The notes under the pieces are model-generated. The model had not been told where the DNA came from and did not search any database. It saw nothing but the letters and a program-made list of their open reading frames with translations. A program made the position numbers and the translations under genes. From Spizellomyces punctatus DAOM BR117 (lineage: Eukaryota): a stretch of 64,000 nucleotides of DNA. Each line of letters opens with the position of its first letter. The first letter of the stretch is position 1. Below, piece after piece: positions 62,845-64,000 of this stretch. The stretch lies in NCBI GenBank assembly GCA_000182565.2, contig KQ257452.1. One strand, given 5' to 3'.

Positions 62845-64000
62845 GTTTCACTTCAGGTTTTGAATGTGCTTCGAAAGATATGCTTGACTGTTGTGGTGTA
62901 TGGCAGGATGCAGTGGCATGTCGGCGAGAGAGCTCTTTATATACTCGCTCTCCAGCTTGTTCCATCGCGCAAGCAGCTTGAATAAACTATGGAGAGGGTA
63001 ACGCGTCTTTGTGGATAAGCTAACGTCCTCACTAGATGGCGCGATTGGGCAATATGGATGTCGGCAACCCAACGGTGAAGACGAATGCTCAGCTTATTTG
63101 CTCCCCCTGAACGGTTTGTTGAACGCTTTTGCGACTAAAAGAGCTGTGAATAGGATCCCCTCGCTCATTGGCTCCAAAACTTATTGGTTGCTTGTGATTT
63201 CTAATACCTTCGTGTGCAAATCAAACAGATGCGCAATCTGACGATGATCTTCTTCCATCTAATCTCTGACTTGGACGTCCAATCTGTGCTGCTATCGGCA
63301 TAGATGCAAGGGGTGGTTGCCTGAACCGATTATCTTTTGGAGGGCACCATCGTCGTGGGATCACCACCATTGCAACCCATGATGTCCAGACGGGGTAGCG
63401 TTAGTGGTCTCGGTAAACTGGTCAATTGCCCATCATTATCTCAGCGTTAACAGTGAATAAGTTCTAAATGTTGTAATTCCAGCGAACTCTCGTTGCGTCG
63501 CATGCATCTCAACTCACGGTTTTGGCCTTTCCTTTATAGCCCACGCCGCTTACCTTTATCTAGTTTTTGCGGTAGCCTCTAGGTCAATCAGCTATATCCT
63601 CCTTTGGATGTAAAATGGAGAGCGACCTGTGTCCTAAGCCTAAGCTCCCACTAACGCATATCATATCGACATGGCGGCGACATCTCCGGAATCATTTTAG
63701 AATCAATATCAAATGACAGCTATAAACCCGATTCGCAAGATACAGTTGATTGTAATAGACTTGGAAGTATGGCATGGACCAATAGCGGGTCAAAGTTATA
63801 AAGCCCCTCGTTACTGCCTTACCTCTGGCGTACAACTGGCCGTGAGTGGATTGCATGTTTTGAACGCACAATTGAGATTGCCTCTGCACTCGCTACATCC
63901 CTTACAGACGACCTGTACTGCATGTCGGGAGTTGGGCTGCCTGTGATGCCCGTCCCACGTAGTCCATCAATTCATAATTACAATTCTGATCGACCAGACA

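Overview
Intron-rich eukaryotic genomic DNA with short GT-AG introns, most consistent with a flagellated (chytrid-type) fungus. This is inferred from fungal-type housekeeping genes co-occurring with ILK, an RJL GTPase, an ODF3/SHIPPO-repeat protein and a GYGD cyclic-nucleotide-type channel. About 22 protein-coding genes are supportable: ALG12 (partial), ILK, BUD13, a PD-(D/E)XK nuclease-like protein, an APC7-like TPR protein, a Sel1-repeat protein, TXNL1, SPB4/DDX55, RJL, a lipase, the channel, ODF3-like, a receptor-type phosphodiesterase, CK1, a Zn-finger ADP-ribosyltransferase, aconitase, an amine oxidase, an MBL hydrolase, TauD and several orphans. There are also 4 tRNA genes and a TA-flanked Tc1/mariner-type MITE with apparent excision footprints. 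Main highlights: (1) one spliced gene encoding signal peptide + Venus-flytrap (ANF-receptor) ectodomain + single TM + class I PDE, i.e. a putative ligand-controlled 'receptor phosphodiesterase'; (2) a CCCH-finger + VIP2/C3-like ADP-ribosyltransferase with an unusual H/CTS/ExE signature; (3) a ~3.5-kb accessory patch next to tRNA-Thr with direct repeats, telomere-hexamer dimers, an intronless orphan ORF and a G-rich tandem array built on the tRNA's own first 10 nt. All assignments come from motif recognition by eye; no searches were run, and exon boundaries are manual.
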